A DNA stretch of 64,000 nucleotides from a virus (taxonomy: Duplodnaviria > Caudoviricetes): positions 64,001 through 128,000 of the IMG/VR virus record IMGVR_UViG_3300031669_005479, one strand, 5' to 3'. This document shows positions 48,361 to 58,047 of this stretch, piece by piece (positions within the stretch are counted from its first letter, which is position 1; each line of letters opens with the position of its first letter). The notes under the pieces were generated by a model, which saw only the letters and a list, made by a program, of their open reading frames with translations, was not told where the DNA came from and did not search any database. Position numbers and translations under genes: made by a program.

Positions 48361-50916
48361 TTATTTTTTTCCTGATTTTCCTTGATATGCAGATTGTTGT
48401 TTTTCAATAGCAACTACAGTGTCATATACTTTATGCATGAAAACTTCTCCATTCATATTTAATGTAATGTCATTGCTTAATTGAACTTTTCCACCATTTT
48501 CAAATTCAACTTTTAGTGGAGATTTTAATAGATTTGCAAGTTCTGCAAACATTCCACCACCTTTAATATTTGCTTTTGAAATTGATTCAACAGCATTTTG
48601 AACAGCAATAAAATCATCTTTACTTCCTGACATTACTGATTTTATATTTGCAAATCCATCTCCAACATTTTTTATTGCGTCAGCATGTTTTGCAATGCGA
48701 CCAATTGCAAATGATAGTCCAATTGCAGCAGGTAATGACATTGTTGAAACTCCAAATGCTGCCGACATCATACCAATCCCCGATGCTACTTTAATAAAAT
48801 CATCACCAGCACCTTTAATGTTTTTAAACATATCGCCTAATCCAGTGCCCATATATCCAATACCTGCTGCTGCAATACCAACAGCACCACCTATCATCAA
48901 TAGTGCAGCACCCAATGCTAATAATACTGGTGCTGCAGGAGCAGCAACTGCTGCAACAATACCAATACCCACCGCTGCAGCTGGAAATGTAATTGCAAGT
49001 GTCATTGCAATACTTTTTAGATTTTCTGCCTGATCTTTTGTTAACTTACTCATGGAATCTGCAAGTTTTGATATTCCTTCCGCTGCAAGTCCAACTCCAG
49101 CACCAAGTCCAATTGCGGCTGCACCAATACCAGCACCAGTTCCTAATGATTTTAAACCCTGTCCTGCTGCAAGTCCACCTGCACCTTTTTTTATATTACC
49201 TGCCTTAGTAAACCATTTACTTGCACTCTTACCCATTCCACCACCTTCTTTTGCTATAGAAGATGATTTACCAAACCCAATTGACTTGAATGCACCACCT
49301 AGTTTTCCGCTTTCTAAAAATTTATCTGCAACCCTACCCAATCCAAACGTAACTGTTTTCCAAGCAACCGCTGCTCCTGCTAATATTGCAGCAGTTGCTG
49401 CCAATCCCCCCCATCCTTTTGTTGCAAGGTCTGCAAGCCATTTAACGGCAGGTAATAAATATTTATTAATTCCATTTAATACAGGTAGTAAGGATGCCTT
49501 TAATTCTTGAATAGTTGCCTTAAATGTTTCATCAAATGTTTGTGCGTTTTTTGCACGTTCCTCCAAACTCACCTGTTCTTTAGCAAAAGCTTTTGCTTGA
49601 TCTTTTGTTAGATTACTAATATCTTCCATTCTACCAGCAAGTTCAACTTGAAATCTACCCGATTTTGCATTAAACACTGCAGCACCTTGAACTAATTCTT
49701 TTTCTCTATCAGTTAAACCCAATCCCTGTAATTGCTGTGCCATTTTACTAATATCAAATGCACGTTCTGCCATTTCAGTCATTTTTTCGGTGGTAATGCC
49801 CAACGCTTTACCAGCAAATGCTAATCTATCACGGTCTGCAGGACTAATAAATTTTTCAAACGTTCCATCACTAGTTTTTCTTAATGTAACTAAATTTTTA
49901 GTTAATCCAGCAATTTTTTCTTGTAATTTTTTGGGGTCATTACGTGCAAAATATAGTGTTTGAAACATATCAAGTTTTGCAAATTCACCTCCCATTACTT
50001 GTAGTTTAGCAACCATATTAATTGCGCCATCCAAGGTTCTTGCAGTATCTGCTGCATTTAATGCATCGCTAATATCAATTTTAAATTTTTCGGCATATTG
50101 TGCCATTTCAGCAAAACCCTTAACTCCTTGCTGAAAATTATATGTATTTAATTTTTTAAAATTATCATTTATGTTTTTTAATACTTTGGTTGTATTAACG
50201 CCCATTCTTTCCGATGAATCTACAACCCCCTGTACGTAATTCATTGTACTTTTTGCATCAAATCCCATTAATTCAAATTGCGCACCTAGTTTTGTTGCTT
50301 GCTCAATACCTAATCCAGTACCCTTTCCAATCATAGTAATGTCACTAAGCATTTCAGATGTCATTGCACGTGCCCTACCAGTTTCATCCGCATATCCTTC
50401 TTGAATCTTTTGTAAATCTTCAAGGTTTGCACCAAGTCTTGCAGCAAAAATCGCACTATTTTCAAATGAACTTCGCATCATTTCTGCCTTAGTACCTGAC
50501 ATGCCAAGGTTAAGAACTGTTGATCTAATTATTTTATCTTGTGATTGTAAATATGTCCAAAGTCCTTTTACTGCACCACCTAGTTGTCTGGTTAAGTCAA
50601 CTGCTGTTTGTCTAGCTTTATTTCCTTCCCTAATTGTCTTATTAAATTCCTTTTCTTTATCAATAAGACTTTTTTGTTCATTTCTTAGTTGTTCTACTAA
50701 TTTAAGTGCATCCTTTTCACCAGCAAGATACGATTTAGTTGCTTCAGCAAGTAATTTTTGATTATTTGCAATTTGTTCAGAAAGAAGTCTGCTTTGTTCT
50801 TGCTGACTAACAACACCCTTTTTACCATTAATTTCGTCTTGAATTAATTTATTTAGTGCTGATTGTTGCTCACGCATTTTTTCTAACTCACTTAAACTTT
50901 TATGTGTATCTGCCAT
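48361..50916 (-). CDS. Tail tape measure protein
   Basis: 851 aa, helical and Ala/Gly-rich with hydrophobic repeats; directly downstream of the chaperone pair, upstream of baseplate genes. Confidence 0.88.
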   Translation of the reverse strand: MADTHKSLSELEKMREQQSALNKLIQDEINGKKGVVSQQEQSRLLSEQIANNQKLLAEATKSYLAGEKDALKLVEQLRNEQKSLIDKEKEFNKTIREGNKARQTAVDLTRQLGGAVKGLWTYLQSQDKIIRSTVLNLGMSGTKAEMMRSSFENSAIFAARLGANLEDLQKIQEGYADETGRARAMTSEMLSDITMIGKGTGLGIEQATKLGAQFELMGFDAKSTMNYVQGVVDSSERMGVNTTKVLKNINDNFKKLNTYNFQQGVKGFAEMAQYAEKFKIDISDALNAADTARTLDGAINMVAKLQVMGGEFAKLDMFQTLYFARNDPKKLQEKIAGLTKNLVTLRKTSDGTFEKFISPADRDRLAFAGKALGITTEKMTEMAERAFDISKMAQQLQGLGLTDREKELVQGAAVFNAKSGRFQVELAGRMEDISNLTKDQAKAFAKEQVSLEERAKNAQTFDETFKATIQELKASLLPVLNGINKYLLPAVKWLADLATKGWGGLAATAAILAGAAVAWKTVTFGLGRVADKFLESGKLGGAFKSIGFGKSSSIAKEGGGMGKSASKWFTKAGNIKKGAGGLAAGQGLKSLGTGAGIGAAAIGLGAGVGLAAEGISKLADSMSKLTKDQAENLKSIAMTLAITFPAAAVGIGIVAAVAAPAAPVLLALGAALLMIGGAVGIAAAGIGYMGTGLGDMFKNIKGAGDDFIKVASGIGMMSAAFGVSTMSLPAAIGLSFAIGRIAKHADAIKNVGDGFANIKSVMSGSKDDFIAVQNAVESISKANIKGGGMFAELANLLKSPLKVEFENGGKVQLSNDITLNMNGEVFMHKVYDTVVAIEKQQSAYQGKSGKK

Positions 50917-50935
50917 AATATTTTGGTGTTTGTAT

Positions 50936-50943
50936 ATAAATAC
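50936..50943 (-). promoter_or_regulatory. GTATTTAT putative late promoter
   Basis: 19 nt upstream of ATG 50916. Confidence 0.7.
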
Positions 50944-50977
50944 AATAGACCAAGAATTTTACCTTCTTGGTCTATTG
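50943..50977. terminator. 14-bp hairpin over the stop codon of the frameshift ORF
   Basis: CAATAGACCAAGAA-ttttacc-TTCTTGGTCTATTG. Confidence 0.6.
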
Positions 50978-51138
50978 CTACTTTTATTTCTTTCGTTATC
51001 GGCAATTCTTTCTATTTCATCTCTTTCCTTTTTGAGTAAGTGTAGAAAGTGTCGTCTACGATAAATCGGAATATTTTCAATATAATTCGCCTGAAATCTA
51101 CCATGCTTTGTTAAAATGTAAATTTCTTCATTAACCAT
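50959..51138 (-). CDS. Tail assembly chaperone, -1 frame extension (GT/T-like ORF; not in the track)
   Basis: MVNEEIYILTKHGRFQANYIENIPIYRRRHFLHLLKKERDEIERIADNERNKSSNRPRR; frame open back to the U9 run. Confidence 0.8.
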   Translation of the reverse strand: MVNEEIYILTKHGRFQANYIENIPIYRRRHFLHLLKKERDEIERIADNERNKSSNRPRR

Positions 51139-51155
51139 TTTCTTATACTCACCTG

Positions 51156-52061
51156 CTAGGTGCTTGGGAAAAAAAAATCCAGACCAATTGTTAAATTAGC
51201 TTCAAATGTATACCCATCCTTTGTTTTAAATTCATATGCCATATCAACATCAGGTGCAACATCAATGATTTTTCTACGAATTGCGTATGCATCTAGTGCT
51301 GGCATTGCATCTACAAATTTATCAACATATGTTCTGTCCATATTTCCACCAATTGAAATAATATGTGACTTTAATTTCATTGTATTATATTCACTAAATT
51401 CTTGGTTATATACATCTTTTAATGCTTCGGCTTTTTTAAATATGATATCTTCTTCACCTGAAGTGAGCAATCTAATTATAGCAGTTTTTTTACGCATGGG
51501 TAATTCAACACTAAAATATCCCCTTTCATCTGGAAGTTCCTTAATTTCCCTATACTTTAATTTTAATAGGTTAACTGATGCCTTAAATGGTGTATTTGTT
51601 CTAGGGTCATTAACTTGAACAGTGTATTCTGAACCATAACTTGAGCTGCGTAAAAACAAAATTATTGCATTACGGTCACCTGCCAACAGATTTTCAGGAT
51701 TAACACCTGCGGTTTTTATTTTTCTTTTTAATAGTAAATTTAATACAGTACCAGAATCAATTAGTGATGGAGTTGTAAGTAAGTCCTCATCTTTTGATGT
51801 CATATACTCAACATTTACTTCAGAAATTCCATTAGAATAAAATAAACCCTTTGATGGTAATTTAATTATTTCATATGCAATCATCAAATCAGGGTCAGTT
51901 TCAGTTGACATCGTTCTTTCAAAATTACTTTGATTAAATTCTGGGGTCTTTGGTGCTAAATTTATTGGACTACCAATTTGTTGGTTATTTGAGTCTTCTT
52001 TGTATTTTTTTAATACATCTCCAATTTGTTCCTTTTGTGGTAATTGTGCTCCGTCTTCCAT
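51156..52061 (-). CDS. Tail/baseplate-hub assembly chaperone (T4 gp26-like)
   Basis: IKLPSKGLFY, YMTSKDEDLLT, LLAGDRNAII.FLR..SYG, LTIGLDFFFP. Confidence 0.8.
   Translation of the reverse strand: MEDGAQLPQKEQIGDVLKKYKEDSNNQQIGSPINLAPKTPEFNQSNFERTMSTETDPDLMIAYEIIKLPSKGLFYSNGISEVNVEYMTSKDEDLLTTPSLIDSGTVLNLLLKRKIKTAGVNPENLLAGDRNAIILFLRSSSYGSEYTVQVNDPRTNTPFKASVNLLKLKYREIKELPDERGYFSVELPMRKKTAIIRLLTSGEEDIIFKKAEALKDVYNQEFSEYNTMKLKSHIISIGGNMDRTYVDKFVDAMPALDAYAIRRKIIDVAPDVDMAYEFKTKDGYTFEANLTIGLDFFFPST
51169..51177 (-). other. Putative -1 ribosomal slippery site (U9 in GAU UUU UUU UUC)
   Basis: Four codons before the UAG of 51156..52061; -1 frame reads FPKHLAGEYKKMVNEE... Confidence 0.75.
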
Positions 52062-52084
52062 TTTATATTTTTTTATTGTTTTTG

Positions 52085-52092
52085 ATAAATAC
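52085..52092 (-). promoter_or_regulatory. GTATTTAT putative late promoter
   Basis: 23 nt upstream of ATG 52061. Confidence 0.7.
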
Positions 52093-52207
52093 TGTGATTT
52101 AAAAAAATAATAAAAAAATTCAAGATTTTTATTTTATACTCGTATTACTACATGTATGTCAGATTATAAAATGATAATAATTAAAGTAAATTTTTAACTC
52201 AAATTAT

Positions 52208-54097
52208 ATGGGTAGGGATAGAATAAAGGAAAATGAAGATTACAATTCAATGCTTTTTACTAATAATAGTAATCAAATTTCAAAATTTAAGGAAGAAATT
52301 GGTAAACTTTTACCTAATGACATAAAAATTAAAGCAAAAAATGAAAGTCAGGTTAAGTTAATCAATTCAATAAAAAATAATGAAATTACTATTTGTGCTG
52401 GTCCTGCAGGAACTGGAAAAGCACAACCATTAGATTCATTAATTTTATCTGAAAATGGTTTTATTAGAATGGGTGATATTACATTAAAAGATAAAATTTT
52501 TTCAAAATCTGGAAATTTAACAAATGTTATTGGTATTTTTCCACAAGGAGAAAAAGATATATATAAAATAACTTTTAGTGATAATAGTGTAGTTGAATGT
52601 TGTGATGAGCATTTATGGTTGGTTAAATCAGCAAAAGACAGAGAAAATAAAAAAAACTTTAATGTTAAAGAATTGGTCGATATTAAAAAGGATTTCATTC
52701 TAAAAGGAAATGGTCGTAAAAATTATTCAATACCAATAACAAAACCAATTAATTTTTCTAGTAAAGAAGTTACCATTAATCCCTATTTAATGGGAATTTT
52801 AATTGGTGATGGTTGTTTTGTATCACCCAATGTTAGATTAACAACAGTTGATAATGAAATTTTAAATAAATTTAATGATTTATTAGATGATAATTATATT
52901 CTAAGTCAACAAAATTCTGATTTAATTAGTTATAATATAATATTTAAAAATTCTAAAGATTCTAAAAATAGATTTAATGATAATTTAATTCCATTTACCA
53001 CATTAATAGCGAATTATGATTTATTGGGATTAAAATCTAATGAAAAATTTATTCCTAATGATTATAAATTTAATTCGGTTGAAAATAGAATTGAATTATT
53101 GCAAGGATTAATGGATAGTGATGGTACGATTGAAAATAAAAGTAGGAGTTTATCGTTTTCAACATCATCAAAAAAATTAATTGATGATTTTAAATTTATT
53201 GTTGAATCTTTAGGTGGTGTTGTTAACAAGCTACGTATAAAAAAGGGTGGGTATAAAAAAAATAGCATTTACATCGCATGTAAGGAAAGTTATACTTATT
53301 CATTTAGATTACCCAATAATATTATACCATTTAAATTATCAAGGAAATTAATTCTCTTTAAAGAAAAAACCAAATATCTTCCAATAAGATATATTAAAAA
53401 TATTGAATATGTTGGAAAAAAGGAGGCACAATGTATAATGGTCGATGATGAGTCACATACTTATTTAACAAATGATTTAATTGTGACACATAATACTTTC
53501 GTGGCAATTGCATATGCATTAAGTTTATTAAGAAAGCCAAGTAATCACTATAAGAAAATATATTTGGTTAAGTCGGTTACGACACTAAAAGGTGAAGAAA
53601 TTGGTTTTCTAAAGGGTGATTTGAAAGAAAAAATCGAACCATTTATGTGGAGTTTTACAATAAATATGGAAAAAATTTTAAATGATACAATAATTAAGGA
53701 ATTGGTTAATCGAGATGTTATCAGATATTTTCCACTAGCATATATGCGTGGTGCGAGTCTTGATGATTGCATCATTATTGCAGATGAAATGCAAAACGTT
53801 ACGCTTGATAATTCACGAACACTTCTTACTCGTATTGGAAGTAACAGTAAATTAATTTTACTTGGAGATATTAATCAGATTGATATGAAAAATAAGCGTG
53901 AAAGTTCTTTAGAAATCATACTAAATATATTTGATAATACAGATAGTATTGGTGTAATTAAAATGTCTGAAGATGATACTAATGTTAGAAATCCACTTAT
54001 AACAATAGTTGAAGATAAATATAAAGAATATTTTACTTTAAATAAAATTAGTGGTCACAAAAAAATGTTATTGATTGAAGATAATGGAAGAGAATAA
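52208..54097 (+). CDS. phoH: PhoH-family ATPase with intein
   Basis: GPAGTGK|TF, GFLKGDLKEK, PLAYMRG, IIADEMQN, LTRIG..SK..LLGD..Q.D. Confidence 0.93.
   Translation: MGRDRIKENEDYNSMLFTNNSNQISKFKEEIGKLLPNDIKIKAKNESQVKLINSIKNNEITICAGPAGTGKAQPLDSLILSENGFIRMGDITLKDKIFSKSGNLTNVIGIFPQGEKDIYKITFSDNSVVECCDEHLWLVKSAKDRENKKNFNVKELVDIKKDFILKGNGRKNYSIPITKPINFSSKEVTINPYLMGILIGDGCFVSPNVRLTTVDNEILNKFNDLLDDNYILSQQNSDLISYNIIFKNSKDSKNRFNDNLIPFTTLIANYDLLGLKSNEKFIPNDYKFNSVENRIELLQGLMDSDGTIENKSRSLSFSTSSKKLIDDFKFIVESLGGVVNKLRIKKGGYKKNSIYIACKESYTYSFRLPNNIIPFKLSRKLILFKEKTKYLPIRYIKNIEYVGKKEAQCIMVDDESHTYLTNDLIVTHNTFVAIAYALSLLRKPSNHYKKIYLVKSVTTLKGEEIGFLKGDLKEKIEPFMWSFTINMEKILNDTIIKELVNRDVIRYFPLAYMRGASLDDCIIIADEMQNVTLDNSRTLLTRIGSNSKLILLGDINQIDMKNKRESSLEIILNIFDNTDSIGVIKMSEDDTNVRNPLITIVEDKYKEYFTLNKISGHKKMLLIEDNGRE
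52421..53494 (+). mobile_element. Class 3 intein (358 aa) with LAGLIDADG endonuclease in the PhoH P-loop
   Basis: Starts AQPLDS (Ala1), CCDEHLW, MGILIGDG, LLQGLMDSDG, AQCIMV, ends IVTHN|T. Confidence 0.93.
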
Positions 54098-54368
54098 AAT
54101 AATTGTAATATATGTTGGTATTGCAGGTCTTCGCAGTGAAGATATTGAACAATATGTAATGAAATTAAAAAATAAAATTTCTCCAACATCGGTAAATGGT
54201 GAGGTCATATTCATACCAACACAATCGTATGATACTAGGATTGATTGTATTAATCCAAAATATATAACTGATAGAGAATTGATTCAAGAACATACAAATA
54301 TGATGCATAAATTAGAAAATGAGTTGAAAATTCAGCTCGATATATTAAAAACAAAAAATCATGAGTAA
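54075..54368 (+). CDS. Hypothetical protein (likely ATG at 54084)
   Basis: Operonic ORF. Confidence 0.65.
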   Translation: MKIMEENKIIVIYVGIAGLRSEDIEQYVMKLKNKISPTSVNGEVIFIPTQSYDTRIDCINPKYITDRELIQEHTNMMHKLENELKIQLDILKTKNHE

Positions 54369-55095
54369 ATTAAAAATAGGTATTGTTATTGACGAAATAC
54401 TTAGAGCCAAATGGCTTCAATTTGATAGATTTTATGCACAAGAATTTGGTGAAGAACAGCACGAACCAAATTATGTATATGATTTATTTAATGGGTATAA
54501 ATGGGATGATACTTTGGAAGAAGTTAAAGAAATGCGAGAACCAGAAGAAATTCCAGAAAATATTAACCCACTCGACTATCAACCAAATGAAAATGGAGAA
54601 GTACCAGCAGATTTTTTATTGTTTAGAAAATCTGAAAAGGTAAATGTTACTGCAAAAGAAATGTATAATCGTTTTATGTATGAAGACTATTTGTTTGAAA
54701 TACATGGTGCTGCAACTGTAATGTATAAGGGAATGGATTTGCATGTAAATAATTTTTTGCAAAAATATGAAGGTAATGTAGACTTTACTGTAATGAATGT
54801 TGAAAATCGTTTTAGCATTCCACCAACACTTTTCTTTCTTAGTAAAATGTCGTGCAGATTTAAGAATTATAAATTTGTTAATAATTCTGTGGATATGTGG
54901 AACGATGTTGATATTTTAATCACAACCGACCCATATATACTAAAATTGGGAGCACCTTGGGGTAAGAAAATTATAAAATTAAAACGACCATATAATGAAG
55001 AAATTTCTACAGGTTCTATGGAAGTATTACAAATTGCAGACTTAATCGATAATTCTGATTTTGAAAAAATAATTAAATATAAAAAAAGTAAATAA
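54361..55095 (+). CDS. HAD-like 5'(3')-deoxyribonucleotidase homolog with a degenerate motif I
   Basis: IGIVIDEILR (first Asp replaced), DILITTDP, KIIKLKRPYN. Confidence 0.6.
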   Translation: MSKLKIGIVIDEILRAKWLQFDRFYAQEFGEEQHEPNYVYDLFNGYKWDDTLEEVKEMREPEEIPENINPLDYQPNENGEVPADFLLFRKSEKVNVTAKEMYNRFMYEDYLFEIHGAATVMYKGMDLHVNNFLQKYEGNVDFTVMNVENRFSIPPTLFFLSKMSCRFKNYKFVNNSVDMWNDVDILITTDPYILKLGAPWGKKIIKLKRPYNEEISTGSMEVLQIADLIDNSDFEKIIKYKKSK

Positions 55096-55096
55096 A

Positions 55097-56296
55097 ATGA
55101 GTGAAGAATTACGTAGTGCAGCACAACAAGCTGAATTAGAAAAAACTGAAAAAATTAGGGTGTCTTTAGATAAACTTGTTAATAAAACATCAAAATTTTT
55201 ATTCATTATACCAGAATCACCAAGTCCTGCTGCAAGTGTGTATGAAATATACTTTCATGCAAGTGTTGTTAAAAATATGGGATATGAGGTTATTATTATG
55301 GTTGAAAAGGGTGATTATGTAATACCTGCATGGATTGAAAAGGAACTTACTGATCATAAGCATATGTCAATGTCAGACCCAAAACTTTCTGTTGGTCCTG
55401 AAGATATTATGATTATCCCAGAAGTGTATACAAACGTTATGGAACAAACTAAGAATTTACCTTGTGTTAGAATTGGATTACTACAATCTGTCGATTATAT
55501 GGTTAATTCGTTAATTCCTGGCACTGATTGGGAATCATTTGGAATTCACGATATTATTACAACATCGCAGTCACTCAAGGAATGGGTTGATGTATACTAT
55601 GGTAATAAATTTAATATTAAGGTATATGATATTGGAATTCCAGAATATTTTGAGAAATCAAATACACCACAAAAACCAATTATATCTATTATGGGTAGAA
55701 ATGCAAATGAAATTAGCAAGTTTGTTAAATTGTTTTATGCTAAAAATCCACAATATAATTGGGTAACATTTGACCCTATGCTTACAAAGTCAAAGCCACC
55801 ACAACCAATGCGCAGGGTTGATTTTGCAAAGAGATTGCGTGAAAATTTTGCAGCAGTATGGATTGATAGAATTTCATCGTTTGGAACGTTCCCGCTTGAG
55901 TGCATGAAATCTGGCGTAATTCCAATTGCATTAAAGCCAGATATTATGCCAGAATATATGATCGAAAGAGATGAAAATGGTGTTGGTGTTAGGGCGGTTG
56001 ATGGTGCAGGGGTTTGGACAAATAATTATTACGATCTTCCAGTTATGACTGGTGAGGTATTAATTAAATTTCTGGATGATAGTATTACTTCAGAACTATA
56101 TGAATCAATGGATAAGGTTGTGAGTAAATATACACAGAAAGCAAGTGAAAATATGCTAATCGAAATTTATTCTGAATATGTTAATGACAGAATTAATTTA
56201 TTGCGTTCTGCAATAGAACCAGTTGCTGAATCAGAATCAAAACAATCTACAATAGAATCAGTTGTTGAATCAGAATTAAAACAATCTATTGAATAA
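55097..56296 (+). CDS. GT-B (GT4-like) glycosyltransferase-like protein
   Basis: D.MIIPE, WIDRISSFGTFPLECMKSG. Confidence 0.7.
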   Translation: MSEELRSAAQQAELEKTEKIRVSLDKLVNKTSKFLFIIPESPSPAASVYEIYFHASVVKNMGYEVIIMVEKGDYVIPAWIEKELTDHKHMSMSDPKLSVGPEDIMIIPEVYTNVMEQTKNLPCVRIGLLQSVDYMVNSLIPGTDWESFGIHDIITTSQSLKEWVDVYYGNKFNIKVYDIGIPEYFEKSNTPQKPIISIMGRNANEISKFVKLFYAKNPQYNWVTFDPMLTKSKPPQPMRRVDFAKRLRENFAAVWIDRISSFGTFPLECMKSGVIPIALKPDIMPEYMIERDENGVGVRAVDGAGVWTNNYYDLPVMTGEVLIKFLDDSITSELYESMDKVVSKYTQKASENMLIEIYSEYVNDRINLLRSAIEPVAESESKQSTIESVVESELKQSIE

Positions 56297-56325
56297 AAAT
56301 AATTATAACATTATAATATAAAAAT

Positions 56326-57150
56326 ATGAATATTACTGCAATAATTCCAGTCCATGAATACAATGACAAAATTTCAAGTTATTTAGATAAGGCTGTTGAA
56401 TCTATAATGAAACAAGAGGGTGTTGAGTTACCAGAAATTATCTTGGTATATGCTGCATCAATTGAACCCGAAATCAATGATTTTAATAATCAAATGATTA
56501 GTAAATATCAGGATACGATTAAATTAGTTTTACTAAAAAATAGTGATAATACTGAATATCAGTCACAAGTTAATCTTGCTGTCGATATGGTCAAAACAGA
56601 CTATTTTACAGTAATTGAACTTGATGATGAATACAGTGTGTCTTATTTTAAGAATTCAAGTAAGTATATCGAAAGTTATCCAGAAATTGACATATTTCTT
56701 ACGATGATGGTTGAGGTTAATGATAATAATCAAGGAATTAAATTGACAAATGAAACTGTTTGGGCACAACAATTTGTTGGTGAAAACGGTGAAATGGGTT
56801 ATTTAAACATTAATTCATTAAAGCAATATTCTGATTTTAAACTCAGTGGTGCAATCATTAAAAAATCAGAATTTATTAATTTAGGTAGATATAAAGTAAA
56901 TATTAAATTGGCATTTATGTATGAGTTCTTACTCAGAGCATTAAATAATGCAAGTAAAGTATTTTCAATGCCTAAAATTGGATATAAACATCTTGCAACT
57001 AGAGAGGGTAGTTTATTTGATGGTTATTTGAAAAATATGCCTGTCGAGGAAAGAAAGTTTTGGTTTGAAACTGCAACAAAAGAATCTAATTTTATTGGTG
57101 ATAGAGTTATAGATACATCAAAACTTAATAAAACTGTTGCTCAAAAATAA
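56326..57150 (+). CDS. GT2-like glycosyltransferase
   Basis: ITAIIPVH, SQVNLAVDMVKTDYF..IELDDEY. Confidence 0.75.
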   Translation: MNITAIIPVHEYNDKISSYLDKAVESIMKQEGVELPEIILVYAASIEPEINDFNNQMISKYQDTIKLVLLKNSDNTEYQSQVNLAVDMVKTDYFTVIELDDEYSVSYFKNSSKYIESYPEIDIFLTMMVEVNDNNQGIKLTNETVWAQQFVGENGEMGYLNINSLKQYSDFKLSGAIIKKSEFINLGRYKVNIKLAFMYEFLLRALNNASKVFSMPKIGYKHLATREGSLFDGYLKNMPVEERKFWFETATKESNFIGDRVIDTSKLNKTVAQK

Positions 57151-57174
57151 TCAATATTCTTGAATTTGTTGTAA

Positions 57175-57927
57175 ATGAAAGAAGTTGAAAATGGTGCACA
57201 ATATTTTGCTGAAAGGGAAGAACAAGCAGTTATTGATTATATAAATTCAAATTCTCTGGAAGAGAAAAATAAAATTTATAATGAAATACTGATTGAGCCA
57301 TTCAGAAAAATGATACAATCTATTTTAAGAAGATACCCCATCCATATCGGTAATTACGATATGGTTGAGGTTGAATCTAATGCTCTGACACATCTTATTG
57401 AGCATATGGTCAAATTTAATCCAGATAAAATAACTAAATCTGGAAATAGAACAAAAGCATTTAGTTATTGTCAAACAATTATTAGAAATTATTATAAAGA
57501 CCATAGCAAGAAAAGTTATACTGAAAAAAAAATTAATTTATCATATGATGATTATGCCGATGAAATTAATGAAAATAGCGATTATTCATATGAAATTGAA
57601 ATTGAAACACAACATCAACTTGAAAAATTAATCGATTCAGTAATCATGAAAATCGAAAACATGATTACTGAAGAATCGACATTAAAAAGAAATGAAATTA
57701 TTGTTGGTGATGCAATTATTAATGTATTGAAAAATTGGCATATTTTATTTATGGAGGAAACACCAGAAGGAAAATATTCAAAAAGGGTTACCAATAAATT
57801 TGCTAAAAATAAAATATTGCTATTTTTAAAGGAACAAACAGGACTAACAACAAAAGAAATTAGAATTGGCATTAAACCATTTAAGGAAATATATTTTGTT
57901 GAAAAGATGGACTATTTGGATGACTAA
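57175..57927 (+). CDS. Phage sigma factor (gp55-like, probable late sigma)
   Basis: Region 2-like KFNPDK...KAFSYCQTIIRNYY. Confidence 0.75.
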   Translation: MKEVENGAQYFAEREEQAVIDYINSNSLEEKNKIYNEILIEPFRKMIQSILRRYPIHIGNYDMVEVESNALTHLIEHMVKFNPDKITKSGNRTKAFSYCQTIIRNYYKDHSKKSYTEKKINLSYDDYADEINENSDYSYEIEIETQHQLEKLIDSVIMKIENMITEESTLKRNEIIVGDAIINVLKNWHILFMEETPEGKYSKRVTNKFAKNKILLFLKEQTGLTTKEIRIGIKPFKEIYFVEKMDYLDD

Positions 57928-58018
57928 TAAATGTTGAATTTATGGTATTGGTTGAACAAAAATGTCTATTTTAATTAAAAAAATGAAATATCATTAAATA
58001 GAATAAATTAAATAACTA

Positions 58019-58026
58019 GTATTTAT
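58019..58026 (+). promoter_or_regulatory. GTATTTAT putative late promoter
   Basis: 21 nt upstream of ATG 58048; plus-strand copy ahead of a plus-strand gene. Confidence 0.7.
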
Positions 58027-58047
58027 ATGTACTAAAACCTACATGTC

